64,000 bases of DNA from positions 64,001 to 128,000 of the forward strand of contig JBBRPR010000013.1 of assembly GCA_038227875.1 (NCBI GenBank), given 5' to 3'. Below the pieces are notes generated by a model that saw only the letters and a list, made by a program, of their open reading frames with translations, did no database searches and had not been told where the DNA came from. Below, piece after piece: positions 1 through 10,531 of this stretch (its first letter is position 1; the number at the start of each line of letters is the position of its first letter). This DNA is from Planctomycetota bacterium (lineage in GTDB: Bacteria > Planctomycetota > SZUA-567 > H5-PLA8). A program made the translations under genes and the position numbers.

Positions 1-3000
1 CGGTATTGGTCACGTCGCCAAACGCGAAGATCGGAGTGGCTCCGGCCGTGATGTTCGCCGCCGGGAGTATGGCTGTCGGAGTGGCCACGCTGGTCAGCGC
101 GGGAGTGGCGGAGTTGATGCCCGAATCCGAAGAGGTCAGCGTTCCGGACGCGGAGACGAAAGCAAAATTAGTTTTTCCGGGAGTATTGATGAACTGCATT
201 CCGGAGGGAAGATTGTCCGTGAATGTCAGGCCGCTGGTCTTGCCTTCGGGAATCTGCCAGGCCAGGCGGTAGCGGACGACTTCACCAATGGCCACTTCAT
301 TGGCAATCAGATGCGTTTCGGACTGCGAAATCAGAGACTTGACCGGCACGGGACTGAGCACATTGCAAGTGGCGGTGCTCGCCGTGGTATAGTCGTTCAC
401 GCCGCCGCTGCCATCGCGTTCCGTCGACGCGGCATTTGACGTCCGCAGGCCGGGCGTACCATTCAGGCTGGTCCAGGTGATCGTCGCAGGATCCGAGAGC
501 ACTTGACCCGGCTGAACGGTGCCATCGAGCGTGCCGCTGACGATGATCGTGATCGTCGAATTCTTAAACATGTCAATATTGGTCGCGGCAGCCAGATTCA
601 ACGTATTTCCCGTGAACGCGAAGCTGCCTGTGGTCGGAGCGGTGACACTGCCGTTAACCATGATCGTTCCGGTGCTCGCCACGGATACGACAGTCAGGCT
701 CTGTAGCTGAGTGGGGAAGACATCCGCGAGGGTGATGTCGAATGCATCAGTGTCCGTCGCTGCGGCGCCGTTGGTGATGATCACCTGGTAAAACTGCGTA
801 TCGAAAGCATCGGCTCCCGTGTACGTCGAGACATAACTTCCATTCACATTGGAGGTCTTGTTCGCGATGGTCAGCGTCGGTTCGATCACGGTCACGGAGG
901 CCTGCTGCGCCGCCTGCGCGATCGGTGTAACCACGCCCAGCGGGCTGACGTAAGTGTAGCTGAAGACCATCGAATTCTTCAGCACGGTAGCGGTCTGATT
1001 TCCAATGACGTCCAGCACGATCGCGCGGTACTGGATCGTGATGGTATCGGCCACGGCGTCGTTGGCGTTACTGTTAACAATGTCGCCGAAGTCAAAGGTC
1101 AGCACCTGTCCGGCGATGGTCACATTCGTGGGGGTGGTGCCGGTGCCAGGCGTTCTCGTGGGCGAGACACCGGACGACAGGGTCACCGAGGTCACATCAA
1201 CGAAGCCGAGCCCCGCGCCAAGCGTATCGACGACCTTTGCGGCGGAGGTCGTGCCTTCCGGCACGGTCACCACCAATTGATACGTGACAAATTCACCGAT
1301 CACGGCGTGCGAGTTGTCGTTGTTCAAGCTGTTGATTTCGGTGCCGACCAGAATCTTCGTCGCGGAGGCCGGCGCGATTTCGATCTTCGCGCTGTCGGTG
1401 ATGCCGGCCGAGCCAACGAAATTCGGTCCGGACGGCGTGGATGTGTAGCTGGTCAGTGTGGCGGTGTTCGTGATGGTTTCCTTCGCGGTGGCCGTGGTTG
1501 CCACTTGCAGGTCGAAGAGAACCACGACGGCGTTGGAACCATCGGCAGTGGGAGTGTTGGATGCGTCCTGGCCGCGGTTGATCGCGCCAGTGCCGGGGGC
1601 CACGTTGTAATTGTCGATCAGCGTGATGGAGTAACCGCTGGCAGTGGTCGTCGCCGTGTAATCCGTGCCCGCGGTCATCACCGTGCCATCACCGCGGATC
1701 AGTGTCAGATTCAAACCGCCGGAGGAGACCACCATGTCCGTGGGATACGTATCAGAGAGCGAAACGTTGTACGAATCTCCGTGTCCAGTGTTCTGCAATA
1801 CCACCGCATAGCGAATGATGTCACCCGCATCCACCACGCCGGGATAGGTGGGCGAAATCAGGTCGCTGGCACCAATGGCCGCAGCCTGGGCAACAGTGGT
1901 AAGTTTGGTTCCGCCTGTAAACGCCGGCGCCAGCGGCGGCGCGGTGATCACTGGTCCGCCCACTGACAGGGGCGACAGGTTGACTCCGCCGGTCGACTTG
2001 GCGTAACTGACCACGCCCTTATAGATGGGCGTCAGTCCCGGTTCGCCGACGTGGACTTGGACGATCTTGTCGTCGTTGATCGGCGTGCCGGGCACCTGGG
2101 TGCTGTTTTCGGAGGACTGGGCCTGATTGGTGAGGAAGAGGTCGTCGGCGAAAGGCAGATTGGTGACGGTCACCGTGAAGAGCACGTCGACTTTCTGCTG
2201 CGTATTGGCGGTGTTGCTGAACGTGCCGTAGTTGAAGATGACCGTGTTGTTTCCGCTGGCATTATTGATCGTGACGAACGGCACCGCGCCCTGGTTGATC
2301 GGCGGCGGTTGAGCGATCAGCGTGCGGAAGGTTTCGGTCGGTCCAAATTTGACGTGGCCCGCCGCAGGCGCGGCAGCATTGATGAGATCGTCGAAAATGA
2401 ACGCGGCGTTGGAGCCGTTGGCCAGCGGATCGCCGACGAGGAAAATGGGCAGCGGGCAGAAGTCGTTGAGCTTCAGATTTTCAACGTCGCCCGTCGGCAG
2501 TGTGTATTCGAGTCGATAGGTGAGCTGGTCGCCCGGCAGGATGATCAGCGGACTGGGGAGCACCGTGCTGCCGTTGAGCGCGTAGATGGATTTGATCAGC
2601 TTGGGCGGCGCGATTTTTAATCCCGAACCGCTGGTGTCGGTCATCGAATTGCCAGTGGAGGCGAGTGTGTTGCTGGTGACATCCAGCACGTGGCCGGCGA
2701 CGGTGACGTTGTTGCTGATCGCATCGTTGGCATTCAGCGCCGGTTCGCCGCTGGGGAAATTGTTGGTGAACTTATCGTCAATAATGGCCTGATAGACGAT
2801 CTGCGCGGTGGTGCCGCTGTTGAATGTCAGAGGCGGTTTGTTGGGATTGGGGGGAATGAGCGCGCCGGTGCCGGTGTCGGGGATGCCGCCGCCGGGGAAC
2901 TTTCCCGGACTGGCGCCAAAGCCGCGCGAGACGGCTTCGCCGGAGATGTTCAGAATCAGCGTCGACTGTCCCGTCGTCACCAGGTCGCGGCTGAACGAAA

Positions 3001-4369
3001 AGTTGGCGCCGTTCATTGCCGCCGAAGCGGACGTTCCGCCATGGAGCGCGAACTGCGCGTTCGGCGAGGGCGGGATGTTGTAGTGCTGACCGTCGGAGAG
3101 CACATCAGTGATCACAACCGTGTCGTACGCGAAGTAATCGGAGACCTGTACGTTCAGCGTATAGAAAATCGTGTCGCCCGGAATCGGCCCAAGTGCACTC
3201 AAAGGTGAAGGAATCGAATTGCCCTTTTGAATTGCGATTGAGCGATCGATCAGCGTATCGGTCGTGGGCAACGCGGAAACCAGTACGTTCTGCGGATCGA
3301 GGGGATCGATCGGTTTCCAGAGAATGGAGGCATTGGTGGTGTTGACGCTGGTGCTGGGAGCGCCAGTGGCGGCGTTGAGCACGGGGTTGTTCGACGCGTC
3401 GAGACGCGGGACGTAGGCCGTGAAGACCATGGTCACGTCGGTGCCGGCCTGCGCCACAAAGTTAGCCGCGACAGGAGTGAGGCGCACCGTGATCGTTCCG
3501 CCGGGAATGCCGGGATTGGTTACCAGCGGGTTAGCGAAGATGCTCTGGTTAAACGCGCCGAATCCTCCCGCCACAGTCACCGAGTCGAGCGACACGAACT
3601 GCAGATTGTTGGGCAGCACGTCGGAGATGTCGACTTGCGTGACTTTCTGGCCGGTCGCGACATCGACGGTCACGGTGAACTGGCGGGGAAAGTTAGGGCC
3701 GGTCGCCGTTTCGCTTTCCGGGGCGTTGTTCTTGACGGCCGCGGTCAGCACCGTCGGCGTCACCGTCGTTGAGACCGGCGCGCCCTGGATCAGCGTGGGA
3801 TCGCCGCTGGCGGCGTTGTCGAGCGGATCGTTGCCGAACTGAAATCCGGCGCGTGCGTAGGCCTTCATGCCGACGTTGACGTCGGCGCGGTTGTCCATCG
3901 TGGCGTTGACGGTGACCACGGCGGGTGGCTGCGTGGGCGTGAAACTTCCGAACGGCAGCTGGATCACGACAAACTGGTCGCCGGTCCGGGCGCCGGGGAA
4001 ACTGGCGAAGTCGATTACCATCGGATTGCCCAAATTGTCTTTGGCGTAGGGATGATACTGGGTAGTGGCGGTGTTGAGGGTGATCACAGTCGACACCAGC
4101 GGAGCGCCGAGGAACGTGGCGCTGCCAAATGAAATGCCGTCGTAGCCGTCGGTGCCCGTGGTCGGAAGAACAAGGTCAATGTACGGACCGTAACCGGTGA
4201 TCGTAAGCGACGGATTCGAGAAGCTCAGCGAATAGGAAACTGGATCGCCAATGAATGGTGTCGCAGTCGGCGTGGAGATGGTCACGGTAGGCTGCGCATT
4301 CGCAGCAAAGAGAGCCGGAGTAATGACGAGCGCACTGACAACCAGAAACCAGGATGGACGCAACCGCAT
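1..4369 (-). CDS. Giant secreted repeat protein / adhesin (DUF11 / isopeptide-forming fimbrial-type Ig repeats); 5' part only, runs off the left edge
   Basis: Not in the ORF track (no stop inside the window). Manual translation from ATG at 4369 (GGAGG upstream): MRLRPSWFLVVSALVITPALFAANAQPTVTIST (signal peptide), then repeated units such as PGDTIFYTLNVQVSDY..VITDVLSDG, PGDQLTYRLEYTLPTG..LNDFCP, DAGDIIRYAVVLQNTG..LSDTYP, IGEFVTYQLVVTVPEG..VVDTL, IGEVVRYRLAWQIPEG..FTDNLPSG. Translation was spot-checked, not verified codon by codon. Confidence 0.85.
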   Translation of the reverse strand, partial: MRLRPSWFLVVSALVITPALFAANAQPTVTISTPTATPFIGDPVSYSLSFSNPSLTITGYGPYIDLVLPTTGTDGYDGISFGSATFLGAPLVSTVITLNTATTQYHPYAKDNLGNPMVIDFASFPGARTGDQFVVIQLPFGSFTPTQPPAVVTVNATMDNRADVNVGMKAYARAGFQFGNDPLDNAASGDPTLIQGAPVSTTVTPTVLTAAVKNNAPESETATGPNFPRQFTVTVDVATGQKVTQVDISDVLPNNLQFVSLDSVTVAGGFGAFNQSIFANPLVTNPGIPGGTITVRLTPVAANFVAQAGTDVTMVFTAYVPRLDASNNPVLNAATGAPSTSVNTTNASILWKPIDPLDPQNVLVSALPTTDTLIDRSIAIQKGNSIPSPLSALGPIPGDTIFYTLNVQVSDYFAYDTVVITDVLSDGQHYNIPPSPNAQFALHGGTSASAAMNGANFSFSRDLVTTGQSTLILNISGEAVSRGFGASPGKFPGGGIPDTGTGALIPPNPNKPPLTFNSGTTAQIVYQAIIDDKFTNNFPSGEPALNANDAISNNVTVAGHVLDVTSNTLASTGNSMTDTSGSGLKIAPPKLIKSIYALNGSTVLPSPLIILPGDQLTYRLEYTLPTGDVENLKLNDFCPLPIFLVGDPLANGSNAAFIFDDLINAAAPAAGHVKFGPTETFRTLIAQPPPINQGAVPFVTINNASGNNTVIFNYGTFSNTANTQQKVDVLFTVTVTNLPFADDLFLTNQAQSSENSTQVPGTPINDDKIVQVHVGEPGLTPIYKGVVSYAKSTGGVNLSPLSVGGPVITAPPLAPAFTGGTKLTTVAQAAAIGASDLISPTYPGVVDAGDIIRYAVVLQNTGHGDSYNVSLSDTYPTDMVVSSGGLNLTLIRGDGTVMTAGTDYTATTTASGYSITLIDNYNVAPGTGAINRGQDASNTPTADGSNAVVVLFDLQVATTATAKETITNTATLTSYTSTPSGPNFVGSAGITDSAKIEIAPASATKILVGTEINSLNNDNSHAVIGEFVTYQLVVTVPEGTTSAAKVVDTLGAGLGFVDVTSVTLSSGVSPTRTPGTGTTPTNVTIAGQVLTFDFGDIVNSNANDAVADTITIQYRAIVLDVIGNQTATVLKNSMVFSYTYVSPLGVVTPIAQAAQQASVTVIEPTLTIANKTSNVNGSYVSTYTGADAFDTQFYQVIITNGAAATDTDAFDITLADVFPTQLQSLTVVSVASTGTIMVNGSVTAPTTGSFAFTGNTLNLAAATNIDMFKNSTITIIVSGTLDGTVQPGQVLSDPATITWTSLNGTPGLRTSNAASTERDGSGGVNDYTTASTATCNVLSPVPVKSLISQSETHLIANEVAIGEVVRYRLAWQIPEGKTSGLTFTDNLPSGMQFINTPGKTNFAFVSASGTLTSSDSGINSATPALTSVATPTAILPAANITAGATPIFAFGDVTNT

Positions 4370-4553
4370 CGTTCCTCCCAAAGATATTCTCAAAGCTGCG
4401 AAAATCCAAAGTTGCAACAACACAACATCCCGTAACGGCGACTCACCGTTTCCCCAAACCATGTGTAATGGTGGGAACTACGAAACTAGAAGTTCTCGAC
4501 GATCGGTCGTTGAACCACCCAATTTGCGACGGTTTGCTCTGCGCCTAACAGAA

Positions 4554-4569
4554 CGCAAAGAACATGCCC
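4554..4569 (-). promoter_or_regulatory. Candidate sigma54 (-24/-12) promoter for the adhesin gene
   Basis: Minus strand reads GGGCATGTTCTTTGCG = GG-N10-GC with TTGC, about 185 nt upstream of the ATG, with an AT-rich stretch further upstream. Confidence 0.45.
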
Positions 4570-4758
4570 GTGATTGGATCTGCCTGACTAATCAAGCAAC
4601 CTCATACGCTCAATCACTTTCGAACTATAAAATTTATTTCAATTTTGTGTGATTGGGGGCTTAACTGTCGCAGGATGATGTCGATGATGTTGAATCTGCG
4701 CCACAAACAACTACGCCCAGTGGAATTAATGCCTCAGCGCTTGGCCGAATTTTCCGGA

Positions 4759-5529
4759 CTATCTTGCCACTAGAACGAAAACGCGTGTGTATTGCAGTGT
4801 CACTCTTGAAGCTTCGTTGGGTGGGTATGCGGCGCATATTCTCCCGGTATAGTCCCTGAGAAATTCGTTTTGGTCCGCTGGGTTGAGGGCTTCGAGATAG
4901 GGGCGCAGTCCCGTGCCGCGAATCCATTGAACGATGTGTTCGGCGTTGGGCAGAAGGTGTTCGTAAACCGTCTCCCAGGACTTCACGTTGGAATTTCCTT
5001 CGACCAGACCGTAGTAGGCCAGGCCAGACGGCGGTGGTTCGGGCGGCAGAGTCACGTCCTTCAACTTCTGCGCCCACTTGGGTTGAATCGACAGCTCCCG
5101 GGCGACGAGATGAATTGGAAGCTGACGGGCGCGCGGCATTTGTGCGGCTAAAACGCCGCCCGAGTTCAGAAATCCTGTCAGCCGCTTCATCACCGGGATT
5201 AGATTTTCAATCCACTGCAGCGACGCGTTGGCGAAGATCAGATCGAACTTTTCGGCGGGCTGCCAGGTCGCGATGTCGTCGTGGAAGAATTCGCAGCCGC
5301 TCACCCGTTTCCGCGCGGTGGCGAGCATCTCCACGGAATTGTCCATCGCCCAAAGCCTGGCGCGCGGAAATTCTCTCGCCAGCAACTCCGTCGAATTGCC
5401 GGGACCGCAGCCCAGATCGATAATGCGCTGGGGCTCGCGGTTGGGCAACCGCGCGATCAAGTCTGCGCACGGCTGATTCCGTTCGGCCTCGAATTTTTTA
5501 TACAGCTCTGGTTCCCAGGAAAAGCTCAT
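4759..5529 (-). CDS. tam: Trans-aconitate 2-methyltransferase (class I SAM methyltransferase)
   Basis: MSFSWEPELYKKFEAERNQPCADLIAR, IIDLGCGPGNST, DLIFANASLQW, GGVLAAQMP, WIRGTGLRPYL are typical Tam motifs. Confidence 0.85.
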   Translation of the reverse strand: MSFSWEPELYKKFEAERNQPCADLIARLPNREPQRIIDLGCGPGNSTELLAREFPRARLWAMDNSVEMLATARKRVSGCEFFHDDIATWQPAEKFDLIFANASLQWIENLIPVMKRLTGFLNSGGVLAAQMPRARQLPIHLVARELSIQPKWAQKLKDVTLPPEPPPSGLAYYGLVEGNSNVKSWETVYEHLLPNAEHIVQWIRGTGLRPYLEALNPADQNEFLRDYTGRICAAYPPNEASRVTLQYTRVFVLVAR

Positions 5530-5869
5530 GGTATTGCGCAACCTCTTCGTTCGAAATTGTGTTGAACCTTCACGGCCGAGGAGTGAGGCTTTCAACCCTC
5601 GGATAAATTTATACCGACGGTCCCACGCGAATCATCACAAAGTGTGTCCTTCCCGCCTGTAAAATATATATTTTAAACTTTTCGATTCGTACGGCTTTAC
5701 CTTCGAAGTGTGATATAGTTAATTCAGCAAAAGGCTGCTGTTCATACCAGGCCCGATGCGCTGGCGGTCGTAAGTTTCTCATCTTCTGCTTCCACGATTG
5801 ACAGTTCAGTGAGTTGCGTGCTGGCTTTCCATTTTGGCAAGCCAAACAGTCGTATTGGAGTTCATGTTC

Positions 5870-6130
5870 ATGTCGCTATCCAAAGCCCGGCAGATTGAAA
5901 GCAGAAACGACGCCCGCAAAGCGCGCTTGTCCGATGCGGTGCTGCTCGATGTTTTCATGCGTCGCCGCAAGATCTGTCTCGACAGCGGCTACTCGCTGGT
6001 CGCCGCCAGTGACGAAGCGCACGAAGCGGTCGACGAAGTCCAGCGCCGCTCCGCAAACCCCATTGCCCCCGATCCCCTTGAACTGGAACGCACTGCCCGG
6101 AATGCCGGGAAGTGGGCTAACGAAATCTGA
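5870..6130 (+). CDS. Small hypothetical protein
   Basis: GGAG upstream of MFMSLSKARQ; coding-like codon usage; no family recognised; start uncertain. Confidence 0.5.
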   Translation: MSLSKARQIESRNDARKARLSDAVLLDVFMRRRKICLDSGYSLVAASDEAHEAVDEVQRRSANPIAPDPLELERTARNAGKWANEI

Positions 6131-6168
6131 CCGTCCCTCGTCAAACCAAACCGATTGGAGCATCACTT

Positions 6169-6384
6169 ATGTACAGACTGGCTATTCGCTATATGGGCCG
6201 AGATAAGGACGACACGATCACGGCCAGCGTCGCCGAAGAAGCGGCCACGAAATTCCGCGCGGAGTTCGCCGACCCGAAGAACACGTCCGCCTTTGTCACG
6301 GTCGAGGCGCTGGATAAAACCATCATCCTCCGCCGTGACAGCATCATTTGCATCACCGTCGCACTGGACAACCGCGACCGCTGA
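6169..6384 (+). CDS. Small hypothetical protein (71 aa)
   Basis: GGAG 8 nt before the ATG; GC3-rich codons; globular-looking sequence. Confidence 0.6.
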   Translation: MYRLAIRYMGRDKDDTITASVAEEAATKFRAEFADPKNTSAFVTVEALDKTIILRRDSIICITVALDNRDR

Positions 6385-6415
6385 AGTTCACACCTATTCT
6401 CGCCACTAGAAGGAA

Positions 6416-6778
6416 TTGATGATCATGGACCACCCCCTCCCGCCCCCCGGCGAGGATTTTCCGTTCGAAATGGATCTCCGCCCGTTCTCGGAACAGCGGG
6501 CCGGCGCTCATCGCGTCAGCTTTGCGCGCAATCCCGATCGACTGATTCCCAGCCTCGCACCGGGAGCGGGTTCGGTGGACGTGACCTGGCCGGTCGAACG
6601 CCATGAGACGTGGTACTGCGACAACGCGGTGAATCCGCTGACGCACCCGCACATCGCTCCGTACCTGTATTCCTCGTCGCAATCGGCCCGCGAACACTCC
6701 AAACAGATTTCGACTGTTGATGTCTGGTTTGCCGGGCGTGCCTGGGCGATTGTCGACGTGTCGACGCCCGTCGCGTAA
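6416..6778 (+). CDS. Hypothetical protein (~120 aa)
   Basis: AAGGA upstream; follows the previous ORF closely; converges on the hydrolase gene. Confidence 0.55.
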   Translation: MMIMDHPLPPPGEDFPFEMDLRPFSEQRAGAHRVSFARNPDRLIPSLAPGAGSVDVTWPVERHETWYCDNAVNPLTHPHIAPYLYSSSQSAREHSKQISTVDVWFAGRAWAIVDVSTPVA

Positions 6779-6808
6779 CGCAAGCAAGGGATTTATCAAC
6801 GGGCTGCG

Positions 6809-7870
6809 CTACTTCGATTTGGGCTCGAGCGTCTTCTCGGGCTGATTCATGGCGGGACGAACTTTTTGATGTCGCGGAGTCCCTGGAGGATGGTGCTCCA
6901 GGTGGTTGGCGTTTTTCAACGGGCAGACAGTATTAAAGAAGGTCCGCAGCGCGTTGTCGTAGGCCTTGGCGTCTTGAATTCCGATATCGGCGTGCGCACA
7001 GTCCGACAATTCGATGAACTGTTTCGGAACCTCGCGGGCCGCTTCCGGCGCCGCGTCAAAAAGTTGCCGGCCCAAGCCGATCGGCACCAGCGTGTCGCAT
7101 GTACCATGGAGCATCAGGAGTGGGCACTCGACACTTCCGATCCGATCGATCGACGAAAAATTCTGATTCAATATCAACGAGACGGGAATGAACGGATAAA
7201 GCCGCTGCGCCACCTCCAGCATTCGCGGGAACGTGCCTTCCACGACCAATCCGGCCGGCGGCGTCTTCTGCGCGCTCAGTTCGGATGCCAGCCGGATCGC
7301 CACGGCGCCACCCATCGACTCGCCATGAATCACGATCGATTCCGGCTTCACATTTTTCTTCTGCAGGTAATCCCACGCGGCCCGGGCGTCCAGGGCCAGG
7401 CCTTCTTCGGAAGGGCTGCCGCCGCTGTCGCCGTAGCCGCGGTAATCGAAGCAGATCACTTCTGCGCCGAGCGCCGAAAGCCGCCGGAATTTCACGTCGC
7501 GGTAGCTCCGGTTGCCGCGGTTGCCGGTAAAAAACAACACGACCAGCCGTGCCTTCGACAGATCTGCGCGTTGGCCCCCGATCGCCGAAACATGCCAGCC
7601 GCGCAGCGTGATGCCATCGCTGGTCGTCGTTTGAAGATCTTGAGCCTGCTGCGGCGCGAAGCCGTTGTCGACGGCCGTAAGCGCGGTTTCGACCGTGGGC
7701 CGGAAGATCATGCTCTTTTGAAACAGCCACAACCCCACGACCAGCAGCACGTACGCCACGACCAGGCCCACCGCCGCACGAACCGCATAGCGGCCCCACG
7801 GTCGCCGAGGCTTGCCTTCGAGAGCCTGCGCCGCCTGCGCAAATCGCTCCGCCTGTGTCAGTTCCGCCAT
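6809..7870 (-). CDS. Membrane-anchored alpha/beta hydrolase (ABHD12/BEM46-like)
   Basis: N-terminal TM helix, FDYRGYGDSGGSPSEEGL, nucleophile motif GESMGG, MLHGTCDTLVP (Asp), CAHAD (His). Confidence 0.85.
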   Translation of the reverse strand: MAELTQAERFAQAAQALEGKPRRPWGRYAVRAAVGLVVAYVLLVVGLWLFQKSMIFRPTVETALTAVDNGFAPQQAQDLQTTTSDGITLRGWHVSAIGGQRADLSKARLVVLFFTGNRGNRSYRDVKFRRLSALGAEVICFDYRGYGDSGGSPSEEGLALDARAAWDYLQKKNVKPESIVIHGESMGGAVAIRLASELSAQKTPPAGLVVEGTFPRMLEVAQRLYPFIPVSLILNQNFSSIDRIGSVECPLLMLHGTCDTLVPIGLGRQLFDAAPEAAREVPKQFIELSDCAHADIGIQDAKAYDNALRTFFNTVCPLKNANHLEHHPPGTPRHQKVRPAMNQPEKTLEPKSK

Positions 7871-7945
7871 AGTTCCTCAACGCCAACTCAACACTAAAGA
7901 CTACTCGCGCTCACTTCCAATCTAACCGCCATCCCCCCGCTCAAG

Positions 7946-8851
7946 TTACTTCCGCTTCTTGAACAGTCGATTCAACAATCCGCCGGGACCTTTCGGCGTA
8001 TCCTGATGGACCACGCGTTCCAGGTCGTCGGCGAGGTCCGATCCGTCGCGGTAGCGCTTGTCGGGTTCCTTTTCCAGGCACCACAGAATCACGCGCTCGA
8101 GTTTCAAGTCGACGGTCGTCCTCATTTTGCTGGGCGGACGCGGAGGCAGGCACATCGCCATCTGCATCGTTTTCCAGGACGTTTCCGCGACGAACGGAGG
8201 CTTGCCGGTGACGAGATGGTACAGAATCGCGCCGACACTATACACGTCCGTCGCGTCGGTCAGGCGGGCCTCTTCGCCGCGCGCCTGTTCCGGGCTCATG
8301 TACGCCGGCGTGCCGACGATGCTCTGTACGTGTGGATGAACCTTCGAGCCCTTCTGCCAGCTCAGGCCCCAATCGAGCACGAACGGTTCAGTTTTGGGAT
8401 TGATGAGAATATTGCGCGGCTTCAAATCGCGGTGGATCAGCCCCTTGGAATGTGCATGCCCCAGCGCGCGGCTGACTTTTACCATGGCTTCGAGCAGGAA
8501 GGGCAGATCGACGCTTTTTTCGGTGGCGACGGCGTCCAGGCTTTTGCCTTCGATGAACGGGAAACTCAAATACGGAACGCCGTCCACTTCCCCCCGCTGC
8601 CGCAGCGCAATGATGTTCGGGTGCGAAAGCAGGCGCAGCCGCCAGGCTTCCTCCTCCATTTGCTTGCGTTGCTCATCCAGCGGCGCGGCATCCGAGGGAG
8701 CCAGTAATTTTAATGCGACAAACGCCCCATCGCGACTGTCGCGCGCGAGGAACACCGCCGCACGCGGGCCTTTTCCAATTTCCTTTTCGAGCGTGAATGG
8801 GCCGAATTCGCGAGGGAAACGGTTACGGTCTGCACGAATCCGGTGGGGCAT
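7946..8851 (-). CDS. Soluble Hanks-type Ser/Thr protein kinase
   Basis: VALK, HPNII, IHRDLKPRNIL, DWG, GTPAYMSPEQ, DVYSVGAILY; kinase domain only. Confidence 0.9.
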   Translation of the reverse strand: MPHRIRADRNRFPREFGPFTLEKEIGKGPRAAVFLARDSRDGAFVALKLLAPSDAAPLDEQRKQMEEEAWRLRLLSHPNIIALRQRGEVDGVPYLSFPFIEGKSLDAVATEKSVDLPFLLEAMVKVSRALGHAHSKGLIHRDLKPRNILINPKTEPFVLDWGLSWQKGSKVHPHVQSIVGTPAYMSPEQARGEEARLTDATDVYSVGAILYHLVTGKPPFVAETSWKTMQMAMCLPPRPPSKMRTTVDLKLERVILWCLEKEPDKRYRDGSDLADDLERVVHQDTPKGPGGLLNRLFKKRK

Positions 8852-8926
8852 GATGCTTGATCTTCCAATTCAGACGGGCCGCATGCCGCTCGATAGTATC
8901 CGCTTTTCCGGCTGTGGGAACAGGTT

Positions 8927-10531
8927 TCAAACGTACTGTTTGCGGTTGATTTCGCTGTGTTTTTTCCAATGAACATCATCGGTTTTGGGAAAATCGCTGC
9001 GCTGATGCGCACCGCGTGATTCTTCGCGCTTCATCCCCGCACGCAGGATCATCTGCGCACATCCGAGCATGTTCTGGAGTTCCAATCCGGCGACCGAGGT
9101 GAACTCCTCGGCCAGCACGTACTTCTGCCAGAAGTCCAGCATCTGCAGCGCGCTGGTCATCAACTCCGCATTGCGCACCAATCCCGCCGAACGGCTGACG
9201 AGACTGCGCAGCGAATTGCGGACGTCCCAGACATCCAGCGGCAAATTGTCCTTCTCGGATACCGGCCGGATCCACTTTTCCGGGAACGACGGCTGCGATC
9301 CCGAGGCGAGTTTCACCGCCTGCAGCCCCGCTTCGTGACCGAAAACGAGTCCTTCGAGCAGCGAATTCGAAGCGAGCCGATTCGCGCCGTGCACGCCGAC
9401 ACTCGACACTTCGCCCGCGGCCAGCAAGCGATGCACGTCCGTGTGTGTCTCCAAATCCGTGCGCACGCCGCCCATCATATAATGGCACGCGGGCCGCACG
9501 GGAATGCGGTCTTTCATCGGATCGAGGCGGTACTGCGCCAGCATTTTGCAGAGATTGGGGAAGCGCGTCTGGATCATGTTGGGATCGAGATGAGCCATGG
9601 ACAAGAACACATGCGTCGCGCCAGTTGAGATGATTTCCGAATACATCGACCGGGCCACGACATCGCGCGGAGCCAATTCTCCGCGCTCGTCGTAACGCGA
9701 CATGAAGCGCTCGCCCTTGATGTTGAGCAGATGCGCGCCTTCGCCCCGGACGGCTTCGGTGATCAGATGGCGCTTGGCGCCGGCCAGATAAAGCGTGGTC
9801 GGGTGGAATTGCACGAACTCCATGTCCTGCAGCGTCGCGCCCGCGCGCAAGGCGATGGCGAAGCCGTCGCCTGTGGCGACTTCGGGGTTCGTGGTCTCGC
9901 GGTAGATCTGGCCCAGTCCGCCGGTCGCCAGAATCGTGGCCTTGGCTTCAATTTTCAGCAGCTTTCCGGTTTTGGCATCCAGCACGACCGCGCCGTAACA
10001 GACGTTGTTCTTGTGGAGCAGATCGACGCAGAAGTTGTTCTCGAGAATCGTGATGTTGGGATGGTTGCGGAGTTTGCCGATCATGCTGACTTCAATCGCG
10101 CGGCCCGTCGCGTCGCCGTCAGCGTGAATAATGCGATTGTGCGAGTGCCCGCCTTCCAGCGTCAACGCAATCTTCCCGTTCTCGCGGTCAAACGGTGTAC
10201 CCCATTCGATCAACTCGCGCACGCGGCCGGGGCCTTCAGTGACGAGCTTCCGCACCGCATCCTCGTCGCACAAACCCGCGCCGGCAATCAGCGTGTCGCT
10301 CAAATGAGCTTCGATGTCGGCGCCGCCTTCCAAGCTGACAGCGACGCCGCCCTGCGCGTAGTAGGTGTTCGATTCCTGCAGAATGTTTTTGGTGATCAAC
10401 ATCACCGATGCGTCTTCAGCAGCGACAACGGCCGCTGAGATTGCAGCGATGCCCGAGCCGATGATCAGCACGTCCGGTGAAAACGACGGCACGCGCCGCA
10501 GGTCCAGCTCGATCAGGAATTGTTCTTTCAT
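8927..10531 (-). CDS. nadB: L-aspartate oxidase
   Basis: IIGSGIAA, NTYYAQGGVA, LEGGHSHNRIIHA, MEFVQFHPT, LITEAVRGEG, ELAPRDVVAR, HYMMGG, GVHGANRLASNSLLEGLVFG, ESRGAHQRSDFP. Confidence 0.95.
   Translation of the reverse strand: MKEQFLIELDLRRVPSFSPDVLIIGSGIAAISAAVVAAEDASVMLITKNILQESNTYYAQGGVAVSLEGGADIEAHLSDTLIAGAGLCDEDAVRKLVTEGPGRVRELIEWGTPFDRENGKIALTLEGGHSHNRIIHADGDATGRAIEVSMIGKLRNHPNITILENNFCVDLLHKNNVCYGAVVLDAKTGKLLKIEAKATILATGGLGQIYRETTNPEVATGDGFAIALRAGATLQDMEFVQFHPTTLYLAGAKRHLITEAVRGEGAHLLNIKGERFMSRYDERGELAPRDVVARSMYSEIISTGATHVFLSMAHLDPNMIQTRFPNLCKMLAQYRLDPMKDRIPVRPACHYMMGGVRTDLETHTDVHRLLAAGEVSSVGVHGANRLASNSLLEGLVFGHEAGLQAVKLASGSQPSFPEKWIRPVSEKDNLPLDVWDVRNSLRSLVSRSAGLVRNAELMTSALQMLDFWQKYVLAEEFTSVAGLELQNMLGCAQMILRAGMKREESRGAHQRSDFPKTDDVHWKKHSEINRKQYV

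Noticed and set aside
6..4049. Many plus-strand ORFs in the ORF track
   Set aside because: They are antisense shadows of the long minus-strand adhesin gene.
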